Origin: an uncultured Gammaproteobacteria bacterium
Lineage (GTDB): Bacteria > Pseudomonadota > Gammaproteobacteria > SZUA-229
NCBI GenBank assembly: GCA_965602855.1
Contig: CBFCZV010000011.1
Location: forward strand, 453-64,452
Length of the DNA stretch: 64,000 nucleotides
Direction: 5' to 3'
Positions within the stretch are counted from its first letter, which is position 1, and the number at the start of each line of letters is the position of its first letter. Shown here piece by piece: positions 1 through 10,241 of this stretch. The translations under genes were made by a program, and so were the position numbers. The notes below the pieces were generated by a model. The model was not told where the DNA came from. It searched no databases and was given only the letters and a program-made list of their open reading frames with translations.

Positions 1-1100
1 AATTCCTGAATGATCATGCCAAATACTTCGATATATTTTCTTTCATCAATGATGGGGCGTGAAACGACACCTTTCTCCGGATTACGCATTGCTTTGGCAC
101 TGGTAGTTTTAACTTCACCATCTCTCAGATAAACAACTTCAACCTGATCACCAATAGGCACAAGCTTCATCACATCATAATTATTTTTGTGCCTGAAGTG
201 GTCGTCCTTGCCAATGACGATGCCATGCCGGTCAAATTCAACGCCGTTAATTGAAAGAATAACATCACGAGCCTGAATGCCTGCAGCCTCGAGAAACCCA
301 TTGGTCTCTACCCTGGCAACTATCAGACCTTTTGCCTGTGACTGCTTTAATAAGGAATTAAAATTATCTGCATTTTTTTGTAGCTTGCCACCAATACCTG
401 CAAAGTGTGGTTCATTCTTTTGCAGCAGGTTTTCAATAATTATTTTTACAAAGCTTGACGGCGTAATAAACCCGATATTCTCTGCATCAACCATAACCGC
501 CGTATTCAGACCAACCACCTGACCATTAACACTAACGCTAGGGCCACCCGAGTTACCCGGGTTAATGGCGGCATTGGTAACGAACCGCTCGGTAGTATAT
601 TCTGACCCCGATACAAAATTTGTGATCTCACCACCTGAAATATTGGGTTCCACCATGCCCATGGGATAACCAATGGCTTTGACCTGTTCACCACGTGCCG
701 GACTTGAGCCTTGCCAAAGTTCCAGATACTCAATCTCTCTGCTCGCCAGCTCTTTAAAACGTTTCAGCTCTTCATCTTTTAATTTAATTAAAGCAACATC
801 CGGCTCCAGTTTTTTTACCAGCCCAACCAATTCCGCCTCGAATCTTTCCTCACTGGTGAGCATTGAGCTGACTTCAATTTTGTTCGCATTACGCACGACA
901 TGAGCATTGGTAACGATATAACCTTCAAGATTCTTATGTTTGACAAAAAACCCCGAACCCAGCCAGACACCCGGGATCTTGATTGCAGGATTCATCACTG
1001 ACTGATTATCTTCTTCTATGATGCCCTCTACCTGAATTTGCACTACGCCATTCATCATTTTGAGCGCAGTATCGGTGAGGTTGTTTTTCTTTTTTGACAT
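1..1100 (-). CDS. HtrA/DegP-family (S1C) serine protease with PDZ-like region; partial, C-terminal part lies beyond the window start
   Basis: Missing from the ORF track because it runs off the window. My minus-strand translation from the ATG at 1100-1098 gives MSKKKNNLTDTALKMMNGVV..., with IVTNAHVV (His region, ~895-918) and AINPGNSGGP (Ser motif, ~541-570). Confidence 0.8.
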   Translation of the reverse strand, partial: MSKKKNNLTDTALKMMNGVVQIQVEGIIEEDNQSVMNPAIKIPGVWLGSGFFVKHKNLEGYIVTNAHVVRNANKIEVSSMLTSEERFEAELVGLVKKLEPDVALIKLKDEELKRFKELASREIEYLELWQGSSPARGEQVKAIGYPMGMVEPNISGGEITNFVSGSEYTTERFVTNAAINPGNSGGPSVSVNGQVVGLNTAVMVDAENIGFITPSSFVKIIIENLLQKNEPHFAGIGGKLQKNADNFNSLLKQSQAKGLIVARVETNGFLEAAGIQARDVILSINGVEFDRHGIVIGKDDHFRHKNNYDVMKLVPIGDQVEVVYLRDGEVKTTSAKAMRNPEKGVVSRPIIDERKYIEVFGMIIQE

Positions 1101-1188
1101 GGCTTTATTATAGAGGCGATTTGACGACAGCGTGAACAATCTTACATTTTCAATTAATCAGAAGTACTTATTTATTATTAACTTAAAG

Positions 1189-2520
1189 TCACTGTTTAGT
1201 TACTGACAAACTGGCTTGTACGCGAAGCCCACCTAACTCAGGTGAACAATCTAAGATTAATACACCGTCATACAGCTCAACAATTTCTTTTACGATAGAC
1301 AGACCCAGTCCATGGCCAGGCTGTGATTCATCGATGCGGCTACCGCGCTGGGTTAGTTTTTCCAGTTGTTCTTCACTGACACCGGGGCCGTCATCTTCGA
1401 CGGTGACGGTTACAAAATCATCGGCTTCTATTCGGCAGATTATTTTATGCTTAGCCCACTTGCTGGCATTGTCTAACAGGTTGCCCAGTAGCTCCATCAT
1501 GTCATTTCTATCAAGGTGCTGGATTGCCGCTTGTGGATAGCTGGTTTCAATCTCAATCGATTTATCATTGTAAATTCGTTTCAGCAAATCAATCAGTGGT
1601 GGCAGTTCGTTAGCAGCTTCGAAACGTTGTGCTGCACCACCTGAGCCTGCAAGTCTTGCTCTTTTTAATTCATGATCGATCAGCTGACCTAACTGTCCGC
1701 TATATTTTTTTAGCTCCTGTTTTAATTCTGGCAAGGCTTGTACATCTTCACTGTCTGCAAGCTGGGTTAATAAATTCAACGGTGCTTTGAGCGCGTGAGC
1801 AAGATTGCCGAGTGCTGTTCTTGAGCGTTGCAGGCGTTGCCCCATTAAAGACAATAGTCGATTTACTTCACCAACCAGTGGACGCACTTCATCCGGCACC
1901 TGTTCAGTGAGCTGTTCAATCTCACCTGATTCCAGTTGCGCTATTTCATTGCTCAGTTTATGTAGCGGTAAAAATGATCTGCGCACAATGTAGCGCTGAA
2001 TCATCAACAGCATAATTAGAAAAACAAAAGTAAGTCCAATTAGACCTGAGCTATAACGCGTGAGTGTCTGCTGCAATGGAGAGATATCCTCAGCAACAAT
2101 AATCGTAATTACATGTTGCTGTTTAATATAACCTGCCGACCAAATTAATAGATGCTGATCATCTGGCCCCGTAGTCAGCCAGCTACTCACTTCTCCTGGC
2201 TCTACAACGTCAGCCTGCAGCGTGGTGTCCCATAGTGAACGTGAAACCTGCGGCGCATGGTCATTCACGAGTATCTGATAATAGTGACCCGATAAGGGAC
2301 GATTATAAATAATTGATAGCCGGTCACTGGCGATTTTTATCTGGCCTTGCTCATCAATAGTAACAGCACCAAGCAGACTCTCTCCATCATGTTGTAATCG
2401 CGTGAGGACAAATTGCTCAGTAAGTTGCCCGGCTATGGTAAACAGTATGACACTCATAATCGCCATTAATAATATAAGACTACTAGTAAGCGAAATATAA
2501 AGTTGCCGTTGCAAGGACAC
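1189..2520 (-). CDS. two-component sensor histidine kinase (2 TM, periplasmic loop, HisKA, HATPase_c)
   Basis: 443 aa. H-box LGNLAHALKAPLN, N-box LLGNLLDNASKWA, G-boxes EDDGPGV and GHGLGLSIV. GTG start overlaps the stop of the upstream regulator by 1 nt. Confidence 0.9.
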   Translation of the reverse strand: MSLQRQLYISLTSSLILLMAIMSVILFTIAGQLTEQFVLTRLQHDGESLLGAVTIDEQGQIKIASDRLSIIYNRPLSGHYYQILVNDHAPQVSRSLWDTTLQADVVEPGEVSSWLTTGPDDQHLLIWSAGYIKQQHVITIIVAEDISPLQQTLTRYSSGLIGLTFVFLIMLLMIQRYIVRRSFLPLHKLSNEIAQLESGEIEQLTEQVPDEVRPLVGEVNRLLSLMGQRLQRSRTALGNLAHALKAPLNLLTQLADSEDVQALPELKQELKKYSGQLGQLIDHELKRARLAGSGGAAQRFEAANELPPLIDLLKRIYNDKSIEIETSYPQAAIQHLDRNDMMELLGNLLDNASKWAKHKIICRIEADDFVTVTVEDDGPGVSEEQLEKLTQRGSRIDESQPGHGLGLSIVKEIVELYDGVLILDCSPELGGLRVQASLSVTKQ

Positions 2521-3206
2521 TATTTGGGATTCCCATTTTTGGCAGCATCAATAAATATATAACCCTGACCCCGCCGAGTTTCGATCAGTGATTTACCAAT
2601 TTTCTGCCGCAGTCGTTTGATATATGCCTCAATCACATTACTATCACGATCAGCATCACCTTCATAAACATGCTCAGTAAGACGGGATTTGGATAACAAC
2701 TTGCCGGGGTTAACCATCATATAACGCAGTAGACGAAATTCGGTACCCGTGAGTTCAATAATTTCACCATCAGCCAGCATTACACATTGACGTTCTTCAT
2801 CGAGTCTTAATCCAGCAACGGTCAGTTGCGGCTCGCTACGTTCCTGCGCTCGACGCAATAAGGCATCGAGGCGGGCAAGCAGCTCTTCCTGATGGAAAGG
2901 TTTGCCCAGATAATCATCAGCACCAGCTTTGAGACCATCAACACGCTCGTGCCAGGCATCACGTGCGGTGAGTACAATCACTGGAAGTTGACTACCTGCA
3001 CTGCGCCAGTTCTGCAATACTTCGAGACCCGGACGACCCGGCAGACCAAGATCGAGAATCACCGCATCATAGGGTTCTTCCTCACCCTGAAACTGTCCAT
3101 CAATACCATTATCAACTAGATCAACTGCATAACCGGCACGACGTAAATCCTGGCGCAGACGAGGGCCAAGAACAGGGTCATCCTCTACCAGCAGCAGTCG
3201 CATCAA
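2520..3206 (-). CDS. OmpR/PhoB-family response regulator
   Basis: 228 aa. Receiver domain LLLVEDDP...[10 protein letters not shown]...KPF, C-terminal winged helix ending RRGQGYIF. Overlaps the PepSY gene stop by 4 nt. Confidence 0.9.
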   Translation of the reverse strand: MMRLLLVEDDPVLGPRLRQDLRRAGYAVDLVDNGIDGQFQGEEEPYDAVILDLGLPGRPGLEVLQNWRSAGSQLPVIVLTARDAWHERVDGLKAGADDYLGKPFHQEELLARLDALLRRAQERSEPQLTVAGLRLDEERQCVMLADGEIIELTGTEFRLLRYMMVNPGKLLSKSRLTEHVYEGDADRDSNVIEAYIKRLRQKIGKSLIETRRGQGYIFIDAAKNGNPK

Positions 3207-3508
3207 TCGTCCTCTTCACCGAGTGATTCACCAGTCTTTGCATCAAACAGCAACTCTCGCACCACACCCTGCTCATTCACCAGCTCAAGCTCGTATACCA
3301 GGCGGCCTTTTTCACGTTCCAGCTCAACCGCCAGCAGGCGAAGTTGACCCGGTTCTTCATCGGCAATCTTATCTAGCAGTTGTTCGAGCGGCATAATTTC
3401 ACCACTTTTAACCAGCTCTCGAGCCTGCTCATAATCCTCATCAGCCCAGCTACTGGCACTGATGAAGAGACTGAACAATAAGCCCGTTTGTAGTAAAAGT
3501 TTTTTCAT
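3203..3508 (-). CDS. PepSY domain periplasmic protein
   Basis: 101 aa with signal peptide (LFISASSWA). The [11 protein letters not shown]...[25 protein letters not shown] pattern is typical of PepSY. Confidence 0.65.
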   Translation of the reverse strand: MKKLLLQTGLLFSLFISASSWADEDYEQARELVKSGEIMPLEQLLDKIADEEPGQLRLLAVELEREKGRLVYELELVNEQGVVRELLFDAKTGESLGEEDD

Positions 3509-3513
3509 ACTTA

Positions 3514-4092
3514 TCAGTCTTCCCAGCGACCTACGCCAGGAATTGTAACCTCATGCTCACTGTACGAACCATCTTCGGCGTGCGTATGGCAGGCACCACA
3601 GTTGCTGTAACTACCCACTGCCTCATTATCAATCAGATAACGCATGGGTATTTCGTCGTGCTTACGTTTGAAGTATACGGTATCGCTGATACGTAGTGGT
3701 ACTTCACCCGGTCTGAGCCCGCCCATAATGCGCCTTGAGCGTTTGTAATTGCTCTTGTCAGCTGAGTTAGCTACCAGATAACCGAGCAAGCTCTTTTGCG
3801 TTTCCGCATCTAGTTCTGCATTATCACCAAAGTGATCCTCCAGCCCGTCCATCATCTTGCGCCATGATTTTTCAGGTAACAAACCCGGCTGATAAGCAAA
3901 ATGACAACCGCCACATTCTTCCTGGTATTTCATGTTTCTAACCGGTGCAACTCCCCCTTGTGAACCTGAAAACCAGCCAATGCCACCTTCACGATCATCG
4001 TCATCATCACCATAAACAGCGGTTGAAAATAGCAGGCCTGAGGTAGCGGCAATGGCAAATAGTACCAGTGTTTTTTTGTAAACATTCATCAT
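3514..4092 (-). CDS. diheme cytochrome c (DHC family), copy A
   Basis: 192 aa with signal peptide. Two CxxCH motifs (CGGCH, CGACH). Roughly 80 percent identical by eye to 5288-5845 over the C-terminal ~140 aa. Confidence 0.75.
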   Translation of the reverse strand: MMNVYKKTLVLFAIAATSGLLFSTAVYGDDDDDREGGIGWFSGSQGGVAPVRNMKYQEECGGCHFAYQPGLLPEKSWRKMMDGLEDHFGDNAELDAETQKSLLGYLVANSADKSNYKRSRRIMGGLRPGEVPLRISDTVYFKRKHDEIPMRYLIDNEAVGSYSNCGACHTHAEDGSYSEHEVTIPGVGRWED

Positions 4093-4118
4093 CTGTACTC
4101 CTGATTATAGTTACGAAT

Positions 4119-4523
4119 TTAGTTTTGGATATATAGAAGAAAGTCACCTTTCTCCTGTGCGCTACATTCACGACCAATCGTCCATTTGCAATTACGCTTG
4201 AACCACTTCTCGATCTTTTTTACATCAGTCAGCCGTTTGGCATTAATACTCGGCGCCATCGGCTTAATCATTTTTTTGGTTTTGATGTGTTTACCATGAT
4301 CTTTCAAATCATTGGTGTGACAGGTATTACAGCTTCGTGCCGCCAGAGCCTTGCCATTGTTATGCTTTTCACTCCACATGCGTTGACCAGCTTCAGCAGT
4401 GAAAGGCCCTGCACCAGCAGCACGGTATTCACCTAGCAGCGTATCAACAGCGGGACTTGCACTGACCGACTGAGCAAAGATAAGCACAGCTGCGGTTATT
4501 ATCGTCATAAATGTTTTCATCAT
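4119..4523 (-). CDS. monoheme c-type cytochrome, SHP-like / DUF1924-type, copy A
   Basis: 134 aa with signal peptide and a single CNTCH. Sits between a cytochrome b561 gene and a DHC gene, as in the Rhodobacter SHP-DHC-cytochrome b operon. Confidence 0.6.
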   Translation of the reverse strand: MMKTFMTIITAAVLIFAQSVSASPAVDTLLGEYRAAGAGPFTAEAGQRMWSEKHNNGKALAARSCNTCHTNDLKDHGKHIKTKKMIKPMAPSINAKRLTDVKKIEKWFKRNCKWTIGRECSAQEKGDFLLYIQN

Positions 4524-4556
4524 TAATTCCTCTATTATCTTCTAATAAATAAAATG

Positions 4557-5135
4557 CTATTCAGCTTTCTTCAAACCGTTGAACATTGATCGAACCAGAT
4601 TCTCACCATGCTGCAATCCTGCCAACACCACGCCGATCACATGAAACACAACCAGAAACAGTGTGAAATTAGCAAAGAACTCATGTATCTCTTCAAATGC
4701 TTCGCCAACAAACTCGGGGCTATTGGCAAAGAATCCAGCCAGCGGCCCGGCCGACTCCTCGGCACCATAAACTGACATGCCGGTAAGCACTGTCAGCGAC
4801 AAACTCACTAATAACGCCACCACCATGGCACCGCCAGCAGGGTTATGGCCGATGTAGCGTTTGGGGTGGAAACTGACCATGTCTTTTAAATAGGCAAACA
4901 CCTCACGGGGCGGACACACAAAGTCACTGAAGCGAGCGTGACGAGTACCAACAAAACCCCAGAACAGACGAAAAGCAATCAATGCTCCTATCGTATAACC
5001 TGCATAAGCATGAACATTCATCCAGTCATCCTCAGTCAGGTAAGCAATAAAAAATGCACTCGCCAGCGACCAGTGAAAAACCCGTACCAGTGGATCCCAT
5101 ACTTTGATTTCGTTTAAATTGTTCATAGCTTTCAC
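4557..5135 (-). CDS. cytochrome b561-family membrane protein (Ni/Fe-hydrogenase b-type cytochrome subunit-like), copy A
   Basis: 192 aa, 4 predicted TM helices. Conserved His residues in VRVFHWSLA, HAYAGY, IGHNPAGG and FHVIGVVLAGLQHGE. Confidence 0.8.
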   Translation of the reverse strand: MKAMNNLNEIKVWDPLVRVFHWSLASAFFIAYLTEDDWMNVHAYAGYTIGALIAFRLFWGFVGTRHARFSDFVCPPREVFAYLKDMVSFHPKRYIGHNPAGGAMVVALLVSLSLTVLTGMSVYGAEESAGPLAGFFANSPEFVGEAFEEIHEFFANFTLFLVVFHVIGVVLAGLQHGENLVRSMFNGLKKAE

Positions 5136-5171
5136 CTCATACGTCTCTTTAGCTTTGAGTTAAGAGTACAA

Positions 5172-5198
5172 AACGAGCATGAAATGAAACTGAAAATT
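5172..5198 (-). promoter_or_regulatory. conserved upstream element of the cytochrome b561 module (copy A)
   Basis: aacgagcatgaaatgaaactgaaaatt, 37-63 nt upstream of the start at 5135. Nearly identical element at 6900-6926. Minus-strand reading contains direct TTTCA repeats (AATTTTCAGTTTCATTTCATGCTCGTT). Confidence 0.3.
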
Positions 5199-5242
5199 GG
5201 AGAGGGGAATGTAAATATTTGGCTATAAATGGTATCGGAGTC

Positions 5243-5269
5243 GGTGCAATGCCCGCAAGGCATTGCACC
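5243..5269 (-). terminator. GC-rich hairpin between the two module copies (possible terminator or attenuator)
   Basis: ggtgcaatgcc-cgcaa-ggcattgcacc is a perfect 11-bp stem. It is followed by the tandem caccccaccg repeat. There is no clear U-tract, so function is uncertain. Confidence 0.3.
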
Positions 5270-5287
5270 CCACCGCACCCCACCGCA

Positions 5288-5845
5288 CTAATCCTCCCAG
5301 CGACCTACACCGGGAATATTAATCTCATCCTCATTGTATGAGCCTGTATCGGCCTCAGCATGACAGGCGTTACAGTTACTGTAACTGCCCACATCCTTAT
5401 TACCCGTAACATGGCGCATGGCTATTTCATCATGCTTGCGCTTAAAATAAACGGTATCACTAATACGTAGCGGTACCTCACCCTGCCTGAGTGAACCCAT
5501 AATACGTTTTGAACGTTTGTAGTTACTCTTATCTGCCGAGTTGACCACCAGATAATCCAACAGGCTGTTTTGTGTTTCCACATCGAGTTCGGCGTTATCA
5601 CCAAAGTGATCCTCCAGCCCGACCATCATCTTGCGCCATGATTTTTCAGGCAACAAACCCGGCTGATAGGCAAAGTGGCAACCTCCACATTCATCTTGAT
5701 AAAGCTGATTGTTTACCGGTGCGACATCCAGCTTCGACTGCTCAAACCAGCCCAGGCCACCCATGCCATAAACGGTGGATGAAAACAGCACACTGGAAGC
5801 CGCGGTAACGGCAGCGAGTGCCAGTAATTTTTGATAACTTTTCAT
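5288..5845 (-). CDS. diheme cytochrome c (DHC family), copy B
   Basis: 185 aa with signal peptide; CGGCH and CNACH. Paralog of 3514-4092. Confidence 0.75.
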   Translation of the reverse strand: MKSYQKLLALAAVTAASSVLFSSTVYGMGGLGWFEQSKLDVAPVNNQLYQDECGGCHFAYQPGLLPEKSWRKMMVGLEDHFGDNAELDVETQNSLLDYLVVNSADKSNYKRSKRIMGSLRQGEVPLRISDTVYFKRKHDEIAMRHVTGNKDVGSYSNCNACHAEADTGSYNEDEINIPGVGRWED

Positions 5846-5856
5846 AATAGTTACTC

Positions 5857-6261
5857 CTATTTCTGAATATAAAGAAGAAAGTCACCTTTCTCCTGGGCTG
5901 TACACTCACGTCCGAGTGTCCATTTACAATTACGCATAAACCATTTCTCAATCTTCTTTGTCGTAGTCAGTCGCTTGATATTGGCGCTGGGTGCCATCGG
6001 TTTAATTACCTTGTTAGTTTTGATGTGCTTACCACTGTCGCTCAGATTATTCGTGTGGCAACTACTACAACTTCGCTCAAATGGTGCTTTGTTATGGCTG
6101 TAAGTTTTGATCCAGAGTTGCTCACCGGCTTCAGCACTAAAAGGCCCCGCACCAGCATCGCTGTAGACCTTCAGCATGGCATCAGCAGCAAAACTGGCAC
6201 TGGCCGTCTGTGCAAACAGAAGTACCGTAGCGGCGGTAATGGTTATAAATATTTTCATCAT
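5857..6261 (-). CDS. monoheme c-type cytochrome, SHP-like / DUF1924-type, copy B
   Basis: 134 aa with signal peptide and a single CSSCH. Paralog of 4119-4523 with the same length. Confidence 0.6.
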   Translation of the reverse strand: MMKIFITITAATVLLFAQTASASFAADAMLKVYSDAGAGPFSAEAGEQLWIKTYSHNKAPFERSCSSCHTNNLSDSGKHIKTNKVIKPMAPSANIKRLTTTKKIEKWFMRNCKWTLGRECTAQEKGDFLLYIQK

Positions 6262-6294
6262 TAATACCTCTATCCTCTTCCAAAAAATGAAATT

Positions 6295-6870
6295 CTATTC
6301 AGCATTTTTCTTGCCGTTGAACATTGACCGAACCAGATTCTCACCGTGCTGCAACCCAGCCAGCACCACACCGATTACATGAAAACCAACCAGAAACAGC
6401 GTGAAATTAGCAAAGAACTCATGCAGATCTTCAAACGTATTGCCAACAACATAAGGTGAATTAGCAAACAACCCAGACAGCGGCCCCGCCATCTCCTCAG
6501 ACCCATAAAGTGACAGCCCGGTAAGCACCGTCATCAGCAAACTCACTAACAACGCCACCACCATGGCACCGCCAGCCGGGTTATGGCCGATGTAACGTTT
6601 GGGGTGACTAGCGGCCATATCTTTTAAATAAGCAAACACTTCGCGAGGCGGACGCACAAAATCATTAAAACGAGCATGATGAGAACCGACAAAACCCCAT
6701 AGCAGCCGAAAAGTAATCAGAGCCAAAATTGTGTAACCGGCAAAAACATGAATATCCAGCCAGTCATCTTCAGTGAAGTAAGCAATAAAAAATGCACTCG
6801 CCAGCGACCAGTGAAAAACCCGAACCAGCGGATCCCATACTTTGATTTTATTTGTGTCGCTCATAACCAC
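6295..6870 (-). CDS. cytochrome b561-family membrane protein, copy B
   Basis: 191 aa. Paralog of 4557-5135; shares KVWDPLVRVFHWSLASAFFIAY and HEFFANFTLFLV. Confidence 0.8.
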   Translation of the reverse strand: MVMSDTNKIKVWDPLVRVFHWSLASAFFIAYFTEDDWLDIHVFAGYTILALITFRLLWGFVGSHHARFNDFVRPPREVFAYLKDMAASHPKRYIGHNPAGGAMVVALLVSLLMTVLTGLSLYGSEEMAGPLSGLFANSPYVVGNTFEDLHEFFANFTLFLVGFHVIGVVLAGLQHGENLVRSMFNGKKNAE

Positions 6871-6899
6871 CTCCCGCTAACTTTGAGGTAACTGTAGCG

Positions 6900-6926
6900 A
6901 ACGAGGATGAAATGAAGCTGAAAATT
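6900..6926 (-). promoter_or_regulatory. conserved upstream element of the cytochrome b561 module (copy B)
   Basis: aacgaggatgaaatgaagctgaaaatt, 30-56 nt upstream of the start at 6870. Matches 5172-5198 at 24/27 positions by eye. Confidence 0.3.
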
Positions 6927-7148
6927 TCCTGATGGAGTTTTTTAAATTTTGCTATTCAATAGCAGATAATATTGGAATACGAGACGCCTGCACTGGCATT
7001 AACTGGAAACCCATTTCCATCTTATAGAATTGCATCCCTTTTTCTAATATTGATTTAAGTTCACCGCGCTATGGGTCTATATATCTGAATAATTGAAAAG
7101 AGGAAATCAACATAGCGCAGATAACAATCGAAGCACTTTCCGGATTAA

Positions 7149-7685
7149 TTATGAATTTTGTAATTCCATCCAGTTAACTTCACATTCACCCAGCTCAGTT
7201 GCTACGTAAGCTGAATCACCAGTAATAGTGACTGAGATATCCATGGTTCGCTGAACCAGTGAAGCTAGCATCTGGATGTTCTGCCAGTCAAATCGATATA
7301 CAGACGCTTTCAGCTGTTTAATTTTTTCCTGCGCCTGATCCCACCAGACATCTGATTTTGAATTAAAACTGTAAATTTTCACAGCTTGCGCAAGTCGGCT
7401 GGCTTTTTTAATTCTATCAGCCGCAGGTTCGCCAACATCGATCCATAATGTTAATTGATCATCTAGTGTTTTAGCCCATATATCAGGCTCCTCAATATCA
7501 TTCATGCCTTTGGCAAACGTCAGATACTCCTGCGCATTAATGCAATAAGCTAAAACTCTAACCATCATGCGCTCAACTGTTTCTGAAGGATGTTGCGCAA
7601 CAGTCAAGTTGAGCGTGTCGTAATAATTTCGATTGAGATCTGATAATGAAATCTTCAGTTTATAAATAGTTGGTTTTATCGCCAC
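7149..7685 (-). CDS. yaeQ: YaeQ family protein
   Basis: VAIKPTIYKLKISLSDLNRNYYDTLNLTVAQHPSET matches the usual YaeQ N-terminus. I place the start at the GTG at 7685 rather than the track ATG at 7742. Confidence 0.7.
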   Translation of the reverse strand: MAIKPTIYKLKISLSDLNRNYYDTLNLTVAQHPSETVERMMVRVLAYCINAQEYLTFAKGMNDIEEPDIWAKTLDDQLTLWIDVGEPAADRIKKASRLAQAVKIYSFNSKSDVWWDQAQEKIKQLKASVYRFDWQNIQMLASLVQRTMDISVTITGDSAYVATELGECEVNWMELQNS

Positions 7686-7894
7686 GCTACACGCCTTATA
7701 TCTGTTTTTTGTACGACGTATGATAGGCGTTCTCTGGTGCACTTACTACATGACAGGACTCAACCATATCCACATAACTAAAAAACACACACAAACCTCA
7801 TTTTTATTGATCAATGAGATAAACTCAATTGATATCGCGCATTAATGAAATACCTGCGCCAGTGAACTTTGCAATTCCATAGGAAATATTTGCG

Positions 7895-8941
7895 ATGAAA
7901 ACGATGAAAGCCCTGGTCAAGAAAGAAGCTAAACAAGGTTTATGGCTGACAGATGTCCCTGTTCCGGAGATTGGCAATAACGATGTGCTGGTGAAGATTC
8001 AGAAGACTGCCATTTGTGGCACCGATGTGCACATCTACAACTGGGACGAGTGGGCGCAAAAAACCATACCTGTACCGATGACGATTGGTCATGAGTTCGC
8101 CGGAGTCATTGTCGAAATGGGCGCGAATGTCACTGAGTTAAATATTGGCGATGTGGTTTCTGGTGAAGGCCATATTGTCTGCGAGCGCTGCCGTAACTGT
8201 CTGGCAGGTCGTCGCCACCTCTGCCCCAATACGATTGGCATCGGTGTTAACCGTACCGGCTGTTTTGCCAAATATCTCTCCATCCCTGCAAAAAATGTCT
8301 TTCGACCCAATATTGAAATCCCCACCGATGTACTTGCCTGCTTCGATCCTTATGGCAACGCTGTGCACACCGCGCTGTCTTTCAACATGGTCGGTGAAGA
8401 TGTCTTGATTACTGGAGCCGGCCCGATTGGGATTATGGCGGCGATGGTCGCAGCACATTGCGGCGCACGTAATATCGTCATCACCGATGTCAACAGCTAC
8501 CGCCTCGATCTTGTTAAAAATATCGTGCCCAGAGCGATCCCACTCAATGTTCAGGATGATCCGATTAGCGAAGAGTTCATGCGTGGCCTGGGCATTCTTG
8601 AAGGCTTTGATGTCTGTCTGGAAATGTCAGGCTCACCCGCCGCATTTGAAGAAGTACTGGGTAAGATGATCAACGGTGGCAATATCGCCATGCTCGGCAT
8701 AATGCCAGACGGTACCGCCATCGACTGGACCAAAGTAGTCTTTAAGGGGCTCACTATTAAAGGCATCTACGGCCGTGAAATTTTCGAAACCTGGTACAAA
8801 GGTGTAATGATGGTTCAGACAGGTCTGCCGCTGGAAAAAATCATCACCCACCATTTCCACTACACCGATTTTCAGAAAGGCTTCGACGTGATGTGCTCGG
8901 GTCAGTCTGGCAAAGTCATTCTAAACTGGGATGAATCATAA
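7895..8941 (+). CDS. tdh: L-threonine 3-dehydrogenase
   Basis: 348 aa. [32 protein letters not shown] is near-identical to the E. coli Tdh zinc-binding region. Followed by kbl with a 1-nt overlap. Confidence 0.92.
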   Translation: MKTMKALVKKEAKQGLWLTDVPVPEIGNNDVLVKIQKTAICGTDVHIYNWDEWAQKTIPVPMTIGHEFAGVIVEMGANVTELNIGDVVSGEGHIVCERCRNCLAGRRHLCPNTIGIGVNRTGCFAKYLSIPAKNVFRPNIEIPTDVLACFDPYGNAVHTALSFNMVGEDVLITGAGPIGIMAAMVAAHCGARNIVITDVNSYRLDLVKNIVPRAIPLNVQDDPISEEFMRGLGILEGFDVCLEMSGSPAAFEEVLGKMINGGNIAMLGIMPDGTAIDWTKVVFKGLTIKGIYGREIFETWYKGVMMVQTGLPLEKIITHHFHYTDFQKGFDVMCSGQSGKVILNWDES

Positions 8942-10164
8942 TGAGCTTCAAAAGCGCCAAAGAGAGCCTGCTTAAAGACCTGCAGGAAATTAAAGATGCA
9001 GGCCTGTGGAAGACCGAACGAGTTATCGCCTCCGAGCAGAAGAATGACATAACCCTCGCCGATGGTCGTGAAGTTATCAATATGTGCGCCAATAACTACC
9101 TTGGTCTCGCTAATAACCCCGAGGTCATTCAGGCCGCAAAGGACAGTTATGATCAGTGGGGCTTCGGTCTTTCTTCGGTGCGTTTTATCTGCGGCACGCA
9201 ATCAATTCACAAAGAGCTTGAGCTGAAGGTAAGTGAATTTCTCGGCATGGAAGAAACTATTCTCTACGCCGCCTGCTTTGATGCCAATACCGGACTGTTC
9301 GAAACCATCCTCACTAATGAAGACGCGGTGATCTCCGATGAACTAAATCACGCTTCAATTATTGACGGCGTACGTTTGTGTAAGGCTGCACGCTTCCGCT
9401 ACAAAAATAACGACATGGCCGATCTTGAAGCCAAGCTCAAAGAAGCCAAAGCAGGTGGTGCCCGCCGCATACTGATCACCACCGATGGCGTTTTCTCTAT
9501 GGACGGCACTATCGCCCAACTGGACAAAATCTGCGATCTGGCCGATGAATACGATGCCATGGTGCACCACGATGACTGTCACGCGGTTGGCTTCATGGGC
9601 AAAACTGGACGCGGTATTCACGAGCATTGTGGAGTGATGGATAGAGTCGATATTATTACCGGAACTTTCGGCAAAGCACTCGGTGGTGCCAGTGGTGGTT
9701 ATACCTCTGGCCGCAAGGAAATCATCGACATGCTGCGTCAACGCTCTCGCCCCTATCTTTTTTCCAACACCGTCGCCCCGGCAATCTGCGCGGCTTCATT
9801 AAAGGTACTGGAAATGCTTTCAGCCTCGACTGAGCTTCGAGACCATCTTGCCGAGAACACACGCTACTTCCGTGAAGGCATGAAAAAGTCTGGCTTTGCT
9901 ATCGCCGACGGTGAACACCCCATTATTCCGGTGATGCTGGGTGATGCCGAACTAGCTCAGGAAATGTCCAGAAAATTATTAGAACGCGGCATTTACGCTA
10001 TTGGTTTTTTCTTTCCGGTCGTTGCCAAAGGCAAAGCAAGAATTCGAACCCAGATTTCTGCTGCGCATACCAAAGCAGATCTGGACACAGCAATTCAGGC
10101 TTTTGCAGAGACCTACGCAGAACTTACTGATAAAAATCAAAAAACCACTGCGCTAAAAATTTAA
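8941..10164 (+). CDS. kbl: glycine C-acetyltransferase (2-amino-3-ketobutyrate CoA ligase)
   Basis: 407 aa. [29 protein letters not shown] and [15 protein letters not shown] (PLP lysine region) match Kbl. Confidence 0.92.
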   Translation: MSFKSAKESLLKDLQEIKDAGLWKTERVIASEQKNDITLADGREVINMCANNYLGLANNPEVIQAAKDSYDQWGFGLSSVRFICGTQSIHKELELKVSEFLGMEETILYAACFDANTGLFETILTNEDAVISDELNHASIIDGVRLCKAARFRYKNNDMADLEAKLKEAKAGGARRILITTDGVFSMDGTIAQLDKICDLADEYDAMVHHDDCHAVGFMGKTGRGIHEHCGVMDRVDIITGTFGKALGGASGGYTSGRKEIIDMLRQRSRPYLFSNTVAPAICAASLKVLEMLSASTELRDHLAENTRYFREGMKKSGFAIADGEHPIIPVMLGDAELAQEMSRKLLERGIYAIGFFFPVVAKGKARIRTQISAAHTKADLDTAIQAFAETYAELTDKNQKTTALKI

Positions 10165-10241
10165 TTTTTAATCTATAATTCGTATATCATTACATCGACA
10201 ACGGTATTTGAAATCATCTTCAGACCCACAACGAGGCAACT

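Noticed and set aside
8089-8860. Cluster of 70-106 aa ORFs on both strands inside tdh
   Set aside because: The tdh frame is near-identical to E. coli Tdh over its full length. The others are frame shadows.
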